A stretch of 52,805 bases of DNA, filler included, from Bipalium vagum (Eukaryota): the NCBI GenBank assembly GCA_037834085.1. It is 3 parts of 3 records of this genome, joined end to end, with 100 filler letters (N's around TTAATTAATTAA, not from the genome) between each part and the next. Parts side by side here need not be neighbours in the genome. Positions count along the whole stretch, not along the records: positions 1 to 16,573 come from JBBMKC010104697.1; 2 more parts are not named here. One strand, given 5' to 3'. Numbering within the stretch: the first letter of the stretch is position 1; every line of letters begins with the position of its first letter. The notes under the pieces were generated by a model that made no database searches, was not told the origin of the DNA, and was given only the letters and a program-made list of their open reading frames with translations. The translations under genes and the position numbers were made by a program. Positions 1 to 11,849 of this stretch are shown here, one piece after another.

Positions 1-2
1 AT

Positions 3-110
3 GAAAAATGCAAAGGCGGGAAAAAATTCAAGGACAGAATAATGATTTTCTTAACATGTTCAGCTGTGGGGGAAAAACTTCAACCTTTAATAATTGGAAA
101 GTCTAAGAAA
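3..110 (+). mobile_element. pogo/Tigger (TIGD-like) transposase fragment, cut by the window edge
   Basis: The frame from nt 3 reads EKCKGGKKFKDRIMIFLTCSAVGEKLQPLIIGKSKK. This matches the Tigger/TIGD motif CKGGKxSKERITVLLCxNAxGEKLKPLVIGKS. Confidence 0.8.
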
Positions 111-3100
111 ATAGCTGGCAAACTTCCTGAGGCCTTTAACACACTAGACTAAGTCTGTGTTTAAAGATTTCTGATCGATCAGTTTAACATCTCATTGTTA
201 AATTGTAATTTAAAGTTTGTGAAAAAGATTTATCAATAAAGATTTCGTTTAAAAATTTGTTCATTTCGTTTTGAATTATTTTACATTGTGACAGTAATTT
301 TTATATTTTGCTTGAACGTTCATCAGTAAGCCCTTGTGATATTAAGTACTTTGTTAAGTGACCTAAAAGCCGAGTTAAGTCTTTTTAAAAAATCAGTCAC
401 TTTTTAGGAACTTAACACAAGCAAGCATAATATTTATGATAAATTTTTACTACATGCTAGTGTTAGAACAAGAAATCATTAATAGATGTACCAAGTCAAA
501 TATATCGATTTTATATCCTATAACTTTGAAATATTATTGATGTGGTATATTTTAAAAAATTAAAACGATCGAAATTTCGAATTTAAATTAATATTCTGTG
601 TTTGTATAAAAAAATAGAAAAAAAGAATCATCTTAAGTAATTATTAAAACAATTGACAAATTTCGTTATCAACCTCACTTAAATTCCACTTTTCAATCTT
701 TTCATGGGACTATTTTTTTAGAAATGTATTTTTTTTACAAAATTTACAATACAATTGTATAGCCTTGCTGTGAGAGCTTCGCTCGTTTTCAGTTTTCAGT
801 GTTTTTAGAAATAAAATTTAAAATTTAGAAAATATTTTTATTGGAATGTTTTTTTTCATGGTTTGTATACAGTGTTCGCCTTTTTATTTCTTTATAACAA
901 AAATGGTGAATCATCATTATTTTCTATTCACAATCTACACCCTGAAGGGATACCAATAAAACTCAGATTCTTCAATACACTAAAATGAATTCTTCGACGT
1001 CTAAATTTATTTATTGAAAATTCCTATTTTGATTGTAATAAGCTATGTAATAAGATTTGAAAAATAAGTTATATAATGACCTTATTCTAGAAATTCTTTA
1101 GAAAAATGTTATCAACAATATATGAAATGGACAATAATAATTATTTGAGGTTTCCTATTGAAGAACCATACCAAAAAATAAAAATGCGGTTTTCCAATTA
1201 ATAGGGAATAGTGAAAATTTAAATATGGAATCTGAAATACAGAAAAACCAAATGAAGTACAATCAGAACCAACTCAATTACCAAGATATTCCCCGGGGTG
1301 ATCTCTGTCAATGATAATTGATTTAACTATTAACAAATTCCTCAATCAATTAAGCAGAGTATAATGTTGTATAATTATAAGGTATAATTACTCACGTACA
1401 TCAAGTATTTTTCAAAAAATTGGAAGTCATTCAGGAATAAAACAGGAAGCTCAATAGTTACACTTTACCAAAACAGAAATACATTACCTGTTTTACAATA
1501 AATGTTTTATAAAAATCTTTGTTTTTTTAACAGTTTTATTGGTCATATAGCATTCTGTCTTTTCAGTAAACAGTATTTCGTTTTTAATTATACTTTGTAA
1601 ATTGTAGATGGACGAAATTTTAGTTAGACTAAAACAATTTTTGGTTACTGCTCCAAATCATTTATCATTTAATATTATTAAAGGTATAAAACTAAGTTTC
1701 CTATTTTCTACACTTTGTTATTAGATAATATAGATGTAGAAACGATAATGTTACTAAACCATAAATGGATTTCCATCTAAAACCTGGATTCTTAAAGTTT
1801 AAGACAAATTTGAGAATCAAAAGTAAGAAATTGAAATAGCAATCAGAACTGTAATACTAAATATTATCAGAACCGTAATTACTAAATATTTTCTAAACGA
1901 ATCAAAAGAATCAAATATGTCAACTATTCTCAACTTTGAAATCACTAATCGAATTAAGCAGATTAAATATAAATTTAGAATGATGGTTGTATAATTTATC
2001 AATCAAGATTTACACAAATACTAATAATAATATTCATTAATAACAATGGAGTTACTAAATGAAATTTTAAGTTAGATTCCATATAACCTTAATAAAATAG
2101 ACTGCTTGTGTTCCATATTTAATCATTTGTTACACTTTGGCATTTATTTCAAGAATATTTTAGCTTGAAATTGATTTTGTGTATTTTATCAACTTTTTTA
2201 AAACTTGAAACGCCCAAGAATTATTAATAAAATAGAAGTTGGAAACAATATTAATCTAAACATTTGTTGATCTATATTTTATAAAAGTATTTGAAATATT
2301 CTGCAATGGACTTTTGTGAGAAACTGATCTAATTTTCAAAGGAAAAAATTTAAATTCCCTCTAATAACTAAAATTCTGTTTAATGATTATTTAATGTATA
2401 CATGTTAAAATTAATTTTATTTAAAAATAACCTATTTTTATCAAATGAATGTTACACTTCAATGTAAAAATTTGTTGAGATTCAGCTTATGGAGATCACA
2501 TCGAATAATCTTATTGTGCAGATTTTCATATTTCATTATATCAATAGAGATTGATATACACTTACTAGATAGTTCTATTTACATTGTTTTATTTGTTTCA
2601 AAAAATCCCCATTTATCTGAAACTGTTATTATGTTAAGAATATTAATAATTATCCTAAAATCATAATATCAAATCCAGAAATATGATTAGATCATTTCAT
2701 ATTTTTTATCCTTATTTATTACGTTTCAAGAATAAATACAAGAAAAAATACATGGTTACATTCAAAAATTGTTCAATAAGATGTAAAATTCCTCAAAAAT
2801 AAACATTTATTATTTGTGAAACAAATTCAAGTTGTTGTGGACAAAGACTTGTAAAATATGATAATATTTTTTAAATGTCTAAGACCCCAATACATTATAT
2901 CGTTTCATATTCATTTGAATTCTTTAATAATGAGATTCATCCTAAGAGTTTTCAATCTAATTTCAGATAAAGTTAAGAAAAATTATTGTTTTAATTTTAA
3001 CCAGAGGCTACGAGAGCACAGTACATCAGTTGAGGAAACTTAGAAACCAAAAAGAATGTAAATTTTTATAATTTATTATGGTAAAAATAAATAAATAAAT

Positions 3101-4271
3101 TCTGCTAATTATCCTAGGGTAGTCGAACAGTTTGTGTCAAACTATATTTTTAAGTTATGTCAATAAGTGAAATTTTTATGATTGGCTTTTACATACCTGT
3201 TAATTTTATTTGAATATATCATATATTTAATATCCTCTAAATTTCTAACATAATTCTTTCAAGTTCATTTTAATTGTTATTTCATTAAAAATAAACCAAA
3301 TTTATCAAAAATACTCAAAAAATATAGGTATTGAAGTCGAAAATCAAAAAAAATTATAAGTTCAGATATTGAACTACATAATTAGATGCAAGAAAAACTC
3401 GGAAAAAAGAAGCTATTTCATAACACCCTTAAACGATGATCTATTATAAAAGATCAAAAAGTATTTCTTTTTATTTCTAATCATCTTTTTTATTAAAGTG
3501 AAATTTTTGTTTTTTGTCATCCTAATTGTATGATGAAGCTTTTAAAAACATCCCTTTAAATTGATTTTTTGTGAAAGAGTAAGAAAACAGTTTATAATGA
3601 TTATTTTAATGGTAGCAGATAAATTCTGTAGATATCTTTAACTGGTAAAAACAGTAATGAAGAATCATATAAGTATTCTGACTTATTCTTTCTTAAAAAA
3701 TAATTTCTAGTAAAGATTTTATAGGTTACATAAACAATAATACTTATAATACATATAATAATAAAAGATCATGTACATTTAATGTTAAGATTAATGTTAA
3801 ATTAATTAGTGTCTTTTTCGATCATTAAGTCAGTGTTGCAATCAATTAAGTCACTATTGATTTTGATAATTTCAGTGTTTCATGTTTGTCAAAAAATTCA
3901 AGGTAGCAGCTCAAAAGATTTTTAGTTTTGAGATAGGTATAAGATAAACCATTCAAGTGCAAGGACAGCAAAGTATTATAAAAAAAATTAAAAGAATATC
4001 CATATTTGACTTAATCCAAAAATATTTTATAATTTTCGAGACTTTAAATCGATTTTAAGAAATTAAAAATTCAATAATTTTCAAAACAGTGAAACAATAT
4101 TACTTCAGCATAAAGGAATAATTTTTCTGATCAGCTATCAAACCAAAATAAATATTATTAGACTTCGGTTTTACAGTTTTTGCTTTTAAAATGCAGAACA
4201 ACTCCACTTAATTTTTATTAAATTCTATACAAATATTAAAAATTTCAATCTATTCCAATGATATAGTCACC

Positions 4272-4876
4272 TATAGGGTACCCCACAAAATTCCATAAAA
4301 TTAGAAATAAAATAAAAAATTTTATCTTATTTTGTTGTTTTAATTAAATTTAATTACCAGCAGATCTTTAGGAATTTATTGTCATATTCAAAGAAAACAT
4401 CCAACCTGGGGACTTTCGAATTACCCTGAAATTTTACCAGATTTCTTTGGTGCAATCAATCAAATTTAGTGTAGTGGTGTAGCAAACAGTTTTAATAAAG
4501 GATTTTATCTCCCAAACTAAGATGAGGATCTGGTAGAAAAATGCAAGTTGATTTAGTTACCAGACAATTCGTCTTAGACATTAGTGTTACACCATCAACA
4601 TCATCAAAAGGTGGAAATTTCTAGGCAGTTCAACGTATCAAAAGGGATAGTATTTTTCTGTTCTCAAAAATCCCAAATTAAAATGCTTCAGGAGGATTAA
4701 ATGCAATTATCTAACTGATGCACATAAGCAAGCACAAGAAAAATACATGGCCATGAACAAGACAAATGGAAAAAGATCTGGTTTTCGGATCAAGCAACTT
4801 TCAGTCTTCATCCACCATTTAATCTTCAAAATGAACGAATTTGTCGTGCTGTAGAAATCAAGACAGACATTCCCAG
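4272..4876 (+). mobile_element. Tc1/mariner (maT/DD37D-like) transposase relic, 5' part
   Basis: At ~4765-4876 it reads, with frameshifts, KW..IWFSDQ.TFSLHPPFNLQNERICRAVEIKTDIP, resembling maT ILFTDEKIFTxExxFNxQNDRI. A possible TIR start TATAGGGT lies at ~4272. Confidence 0.55.
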
Positions 4877-6180
4877 ACTGGCCAGCATTTGAAAACTTTT
4901 ATGAGGTTTGAACTTTTTAAGCAGATTATATAAGGAAATTTTGCGCTGATTTCAAATCAGTAATTTGTTTGTCTTAGTCACGTCTAGTTTTTATGTTACA
5001 ATAATTTGAAATTTTTATATATTATTACATAAAAACACTACGATTATATGTACAATACTGTTTATAATTGTCAAAAAAACTGCAGTAACAATATTAATTT
5101 ATTATAGATTAAACGGTGGAAGAAAGGGCTTCTTCAACGACTTTCCATTGTGTTGTGCAGCAGGATAATCTCTTTTCAGGCACCAACAATAGTCGGCAAG
5201 CACGTTCACATCCCAGCGGCCCTGATACCTTTCTTCCATAACACTAATGTCTTGATGAAATCACTCTCCTTATTTTTCGCTCATGTCACCAGAGTTGTCA
5301 GGAAATTAGTCCAAATGTGAGTTGAGGAAATGTATCTTTACAGACATACGTGCACCAAGAACCTTGAAACTCTGAAGGAGCTCTTTTACAATATGCTCAT
5401 AGTCTGAACTTCGATGGTTTCCTAGGAAATTGTTGACGATGGACTTAAATGTACGCTAAGCGTTGGCTTCATAATCTTTGTGACAATCATCGAAATCAGT
5501 ATCTTTCATGAGCTCTCTAATTTGAGGGTCATCAAAAATCCCTGCTTCCAATTTAGCCTTACTTATGCGGGAAATTTATCTTTAATGAAAGCAAAAGCTT
5601 GACCCTTCTTGTCTAGTAACGACAAAATTTTTTATTACGCCGAGCTTGATGTGCAGCGGTGGAAGCAAAATCTTCTGGGGATTGACAAGGGCATTGGAAA
5701 GAACATTATGTGAACCTGGCTGGAGATGAGGTCTTACTGGCCAATCCATTCTTATGTAGTGCGGCTCGTCTGCCCTACTGTCCCATAAACAGATGAAGCA
5801 GGGATATTTTGTATATCCACTTGTAGACCAACAATAAAAAAATAACTTTTAGATCACTACATATCATCCAGTTGTGATTTTCGTACTTTAAACTACCTAG
5901 AAGAAGCTTCATACTTACATAGTTTTCCGACATTTGCATTGAGAGGCCCACCGGAACAGAAGAGACTTTGTTACCATTATAGAGAAGTACAGCTTTCAGA
6001 CTTCTGGGTGAAGAGTCGATGAATAGGCGCTATTCTAAAGGGTTTTATATGATAAATCCATAGCTCCTATAAGGCCGCTTATATCATTGCAGTAAATTAG
6101 CCTTACTTCTTTATGCAGTGTGAAGTATTTACGAAATTCTTCTTTACGATTACGGTACCAGGAAAATGTCACTGATGGAT
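4877..6180 (-). mobile_element. Chapaev3-like (CMC superfamily) DNA transposon relic, 5'-truncated, with pseudogenic transposase
   Basis: The minus strand reads NHNWMICSDLKV...GYTKYPCFICLWDSRA...LVNPQKILLPPLHIKLG...KIHFLNSHLD...FHQDISVMEERYQGRWDVNVLADYCWCLKRD, with several stops and frameshifts. I am confident it is a transposase. The Chapaev3 label is from memory of these motifs. Confidence 0.75.
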
Positions 6181-6184
6181 GTAA

Positions 6185-6312
6185 CTGATTATTTATTGAT
6201 AGAAATTGATAACCAGCAGCATACGACCATGTGTCCCATCATAGTATGGTAAAATAGAATTGCGATTTATTGAAGTTTAACTCTTATTTTTGTTCAAATT
6301 TCTGGTGTTTAT
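6185..6312 (+). mobile_element. continuation of the maT-like relic after the Chapaev3-like insertion
   Basis: Reads DYLLIEIDNQQHT...IIVW...IAIY*SLTLIFVQ.SGV, resembling the segment QHPxSVMVWxxIxxxGKTPLIFVxxGVK that follows NxQNDRI in maT transposases. Confidence 0.45.
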
Positions 6313-6439
6313 ATGTAAGTGTAATTTTGAATAGTCAGAAATTCAACTTTTACGTGAAAAAGTAACTTTTTATATTTTACTAGGTTGTTACTTAGTGAAA
6401 CAACCAGATAAATTTATGACAATTTATTGACAAGTCCTG

Positions 6440-6900
6440 GTTGTATAAAGTAATTCAACACAACTCCTGTCTCAAAACAAAGATGAACGTTTGACCTTAG
6501 CTCATGAATGGATTAAATATCAACGCAAAAAGAGCAGTGGAAAAAATTAATTTCAGTGTATCTTAGCGCACCTACGCATAAGCAAACAATCGTTGGTAGG
6601 TTATGGATAAAAGTCATAATACAAAAAATGTCAAAGTAATCAATTTGATATGATGGTTCTCGTTATTGTGACAGTTACATGTACTGGAAAAGTTATTCAA
6701 ATATCCTGGAAAAGTATGAAGCTGTCAACAGCACAAGATTTTTAAGAAATATGATCTACAATTTTTCTCGACAAGAATCTCTCATTTTGACATCAAGGAT
6801 AGTGGTCAAAGAGAATGAAAGACCAAGTAGCATTAAAGAAACTACAATCAAAGGACGTATACTCACCCCACCTTAATTTACTAGATCGATTGATACATTT
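6440..6900 (+). mobile_element. heavily decayed Tc1-like transposase relic
   Basis: Fragments ERLTLAHEW and EQWKKLI.S resemble the Tc1 pre-catalytic motif RLxFAxxHxxWxxxWxxVxFSD. The rest is too degraded to read. Confidence 0.35.
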
Positions 6901-8182
6901 CGGCGAGTATATTCGTAGAGTTTTTATGTTTGTTTTTATAAAAGCTGAGTTTTGCAAAAGTAAGCTCAGTCAAATATAAACTCATGGGCCTCTAATTGAG
7001 TTAATTGACTTTTGAAATTTTTAAAATTCAATTTATCAATATTTTAAAAATATTGTATTTTATATATTTTTATGACAATATTTAAATTAATATTTATGTT
7101 TTACCTTTCTGAGAAATTTAAATTGAATGTATCTTAGCATATTGATCAATGGTATGGGATACTCGAAAACCCAATTCACTGTTGTTTTGGCAATAAATGC
7201 CTCGGAAATTTATTTAAAAAATGGTTATTTTGAAAAGACTGAAAAATATTCCCAAAAAAATTATATTAACCGTTTCAAAAAAAGGGAGCTATGACTTCAT
7301 GTTTAATGAAAAAATGGATTGACAATTGTTTCATATCTGATCCATTTTTTGCTAGTAAGAATACTCAGTTAGAGAATACTTCTAGAGAGGAATGGTGATT
7401 ATTTAGTTTCGTTAATTTCTTTTTAAAATCGTTGCCGTTTAGAATTTTTTCAAAACTACTTTATATCTTTGTTCACATGGATACTTTTAAAAAATTTTAT
7501 GAAATTAGTTGTGTGTGATTCTTAACAAAACACCCTTGTCCACTTGAGTCCTTCGGTTTGAAATGACCAATGTACAGAACATTATTAATGTACATGAAAA
7601 TTATCTTGAATAAAATCAGACCAACGGAGACATTATATGAAGAAATACATAATTTCACAAAGTTATTAAATAAAAATAAGGAATTATTATCAAATTTAAA
7701 ATAGAAAACATGAATTGCGATTTTTCCAACATTTGTCGTTGAGAAATCTCAATAGTTATTCACTTTACCTCATCTACACAAATTATTTTTAAAACTTCCG
7801 AAAAAAATGCAAATTCACAAAGTTTTTTCTAAGTATTAATTGTCGATTTATACTTAAGGTAAAAGAAAATTAACATTAAATTTAACCGTTAACATAATTA
7901 AGTGTACTTTCAATACATATAAAAATATTGGTTTTTCGATTTTTAATATTTGAATTAATCAATTATAATTTATAATTATTTAATAGGTTTAAGAGAGAAT
8001 TAAAAATATTTCGTAATGAAAAATGGTTCATGCTATCTTCCTCAATCAAATTTATCCCATAATTATCATTACAATAATTTTCATTATATATCATTATTAT
8101 AATTATCAACACAATAATTAATACTTCAGAAATGTAACAATTTTAAAAACGTACCAACTTTTTGCAGAAGAGGAACTATTGT

Positions 8183-8385
8183 TTGGTCACCAAGGTCACC
8201 TATCCTTACCCCTATGAACTTATATTAAGATAGTTTATTCACAACTAATTGGAAGATTTGAAGCAAAACATTGATGCATTTAAATATGTAATAATAGAAT
8301 TTTATAAAGAAACTTGCTTGTCTGTTCCTAGTAGATTGCGTAGTTGCAATGAAGCTAAAGGAGAACATGATGAAAATAAATGTTT
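8183..8385 (+). mobile_element. Tc1/mariner C-terminal relic (WPPRSPDLTP type)
   Basis: Reads WSPRSPILTPMN...LEDLKQNIDAF...CLSVPSRLRSCNEAKGEHDENK, compared with the consensus WPPRSPDLTPLDF...RLxxCIxxxGGHFE. Confidence 0.6.
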
Positions 8386-8602
8386 TTTATCTTTGTTTTC
8401 ATATATTCACTCATAATTGTAAAGCTACTCAAGTGACATTCTAAATATTGAGAGCTACCTTTAAATCTGATAATAATTAACCCAATATTTTGTTTTTATA
8501 TTTTAACAAAAATATAAAAATTTAACTAAAAATAAAAATCAATTTTTATATAATAAATATAAATATAAATATAATAATACTTAAAGATTAAAATTTTCTC
8601 AC

Positions 8603-8800
8603 CCAATGAAAAGACTAATGAAAAGAAGATTCCGAGAGCATCCAATTCCGAATTGGAAAAATCTAGTTGATTGTCATAACTACTAACAAGCTGTTTTAAG
8701 GAAAAATCGCATAAATTGATAAAACTTTTCATTTTATCAGAAACTGAATTTTCATCAACCTCTATTGTTTCAATGTCCACATTTTTCGTATCATCTGTTA
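8603..8800 (-). CDS. candidate internal exon of an unidentified host gene
   Basis: A 198-nt open segment bounded by tttttag| and |gtgaga, phase 1-1: TDDTKNVDIETIEVDENSVSDKMKSFINLCDFSLKQLVSSYDNQLDFSNSELDALGIFFSLVFSL. No family recognised, and neighbouring exons could not be phased. Confidence 0.4.
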
Positions 8801-9429
8801 CTAAAAAACATAAAGTTACTAATTATAATAAAATTTAACATAAAAAATTACATTTCGGTTGGATTGTGAAAAGATGGTGTGAGATAATAGTTTTTTATAC
8901 TATTTTTATAATGTTCATCACTAAAAGTATATGAATGATCATGATATATACGATTCAATGTAGGATATGGATTTACCCAATTGAACATTCAAAAATTTTC
9001 ATAATAATTTTTATTTAAAACAAATTTATCAAATAACTTTTTTTTTCATTTAAGTTTAATGAAATCTATTAATAATAAATTTATAATAAATTAATAATAA
9101 ATCTATCATTAATTTGTCAAACTATTTTCCTGTAAATATAAATCTCAACAGAATATATCTAAATGTCTTGATTGAAGTATAAATTAATAAAGACAAATTT
9201 GATTATATATAAATTTTTATGAAATTTCTTGCAGAAATCGTCAATATTTTAAAATTTTTTTAAAAAATCAAATCATACAATTGTTATTTGCAAAATGGTG
9301 GAAATTAATCAAATTATCAACAGAAATTTTGAGCTTCCAAGGATCTAAATATTCATTGTCTTGGAAATCTTTTTTTAAACTTTTTTTCTATATAAAAACT
9401 AAATGACTAAAATCTTTAGTCTAAGTATC

Positions 9430-9870
9430 TTCTTACGGAAAGGTGTTTTTCTGCAGAACGAAAATCTCAGACATCATATCACAATTATTGGATTACTGGA
9501 TCAACCAGTATTAAAGTCTACAGTGGTCATAAAAGAACAAACAGAATTCCGCAGAAGAAGTAGCATCCAAGCAAAGAGTTGATGGAGAACCATAACGAGT
9601 CTGCAAAGGCTACCAAAAATTTGAATAAAATTAAGGAAAACTTAAGTACAAACCAGTAGCAGAATTTAAAGCTGAAATAGCGATTTTTGTACCCTACACA
9701 AAGAAGATAAGAACAAGCTGAAGTCAAATTAGAATCAAGACGTTTGAATAGCCTACATCAAAATAAAGCAAGTGAACAACTAAAACCCACTCTCTATTCA
9801 AAAAACAACAATATATACAGACTTCGGTGGAGAACTAACTACTAAACAAACGCAGAAAGATCCAAATAAT
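9430..9870 (+). mobile_element. possible decayed LTR-retrotransposon (Gypsy-like) integrase C-terminal region
   Basis: A-rich, GC-elevated block with fragments QTSYH..IG and EFKAEIAIFVP...KNKLKSN, loosely resembling the integrase tail Fx(x)GDxVxV...KLxxKW. Confidence 0.25.
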
Positions 9871-10653
9871 ACAGTACATGCGCATTTAGTTTTGTTGAAA
9901 ACGTAATTTTATTTATTTTATTTTATATTTAACTACTTGTTGCACTTTGTGTAACAAAGTTAAAATTATTGATTATTATATAACCATTTGTATAAAATTA
10001 GTTCATAGCTTGTAATCCCAGTGTTAACAAGACTAGAGCTTCTTGAAATAAAGTTTTTATTCATAAATTAAATAAAGCAGTTAGATTTATAATTAACACA
10101 ATTTGATATTTGAGTTTATTTTTCTTTTATATGTAAGGGTTTGGTTTGACGCTTACTGCGAGACCTAATCTCGAAAATATAAAAATGCTAACGCTATTAA
10201 TATAGGTTAGAACTGGGCTCACCGACTACGTCAAAGGTAGTGTAACAAATAGGTGTTCTAAGATACGAACTACGTCTAATTAAATTAACTAAAATGACAC
10301 GTTTTTAGTTACAAAAATATATTTTGTAATACAAATACAACTCTTATCACAGTTATAATTGATTAATTAAAGTCTTCTTGGTTTTACGATAACCGAAGAA
10401 GCCCTGATGTTTAAAAATGCGTATTCTGTCGCCTAGAGCGAAGCAGAATCGAATTGCCAAGAAAACAAAGAAAAGAAATGAGAAGATTAATAAAAAGAAC
10501 GTATTGCAGAGTATTTGCTCTGAACACGTTAATGATTATTTAGTTAATATTATTTTTCTCAAAAAGAGATCGATGTTTTAAATAGCCGAAGCGTATTTAT
10601 TACCTTTTTATTATTACCAGCTTAACTGGTCGATGCGATGTTAATTGCGAATT

Positions 10654-10697
10654 GAATGAGAAAACCAGGAGCTTATAAACTCCTGATTTTCACATTC
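10654..10697. repeat. 44-bp imperfect palindrome
   Basis: gaatgagaaaaccaggagcttataaactcctgattttcacattc is self-complementary with 3 mismatched pairs. Confidence 0.85.
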
Positions 10698-11849
10698 CTG
10701 ATCTCTTGATTGGTGGAAAATAAAACTTTCCATTAATAGAATAATATTTTTTTTATTTATATTAATTAAAAACGAATATATAATTTAATTATTATTATTT
10801 TTTATAAAATATAAAAGGACATAAAAAGAGTTAAAATATAAAAGAAAGTAAGCCTAACAAGGCTTTTTCATGCACATTTTTAAAATCAAAATGTAATCAA
10901 AATGTTTAATAATTGTCAATAATGAGCTTTGGAAAATCATCCTCCACAAGCTCTTGCTCTGGTTGTAGCGATTCCGGCTCCTTTGCGTGCTTTGAATTTG
11001 AGTTGATTGGTGCTGGGATCTCTTTTTCTATAGATTCTATTTCTATTTTTATTAAAACAGGCGTGTCTTGTTAGACAAAACACAGTTTGTTAATATTAAC
11101 TAAATAAAAACTCAGACCAGGATCTGAGGATTATATAATTATTTAATCTCCATTTCTTATACTTCTTTCTTTTTTATATTTTTATTTCACACGTTAAGTA
11201 GGGCGGTGAAATAAATTATTTTTCTTTGCTGAGGACCTCTGAGCCTAAGAGCGAGAGGTTTTTTCATAATAAATAACTTTAATCAATAATCTAATGAATC
11301 AATCAGGGACGATATCACTGCAATGTAATTTAATACTTTATTTTAATAAAAATAAAAGTTTTGATAATCAATTCATTATCTTAGTAATTTTAAATAATAA
11401 ATTCGAACAACCATTAAGCAACATTCGCCGTTAAGACCAAAATCACACTAAGCTCCACCTGCTTACATCCCTTTTTAGAATCTTAACATACGAATAAATT
11501 TTAAAAATGATTAATTTTCTTCTGAATATTAACACTTGTATTGTTTTTATCCTATTCCTTGCGATTTTTTATCTCAGTTTATCAACTATTTTTATTTAAA
11601 ATTTAATTAAGAGTTTATTCTTAGTTATTGTTTTATTATGGAAATCCTTAAGTCAACATTACTTAATTTAATTATAAATTTATTCACAGTCAACAAAATA
11701 AATAAAAATTCTTTTTTACCTAAAATATCAAAATATTAATCAAAGTAAATTAAATTCAAATAATTCAAGCTATTGAAAATCAAAAACAAAATTCAAATAA
11801 TTTTTTTTCATATGAATGATTCTTTGTATCTTCTTGCTATCGATTAGAT

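Noticed and set aside
1817-3043. Short hydrophobic I/L/F/N-rich ORFs (also 20486-20671, 42626-42829, 43397-43747, 45388-45585, 48101-48439)
   Set aside because: This composition is expected from chance ORFs in very AT-rich DNA, and no motifs were found.
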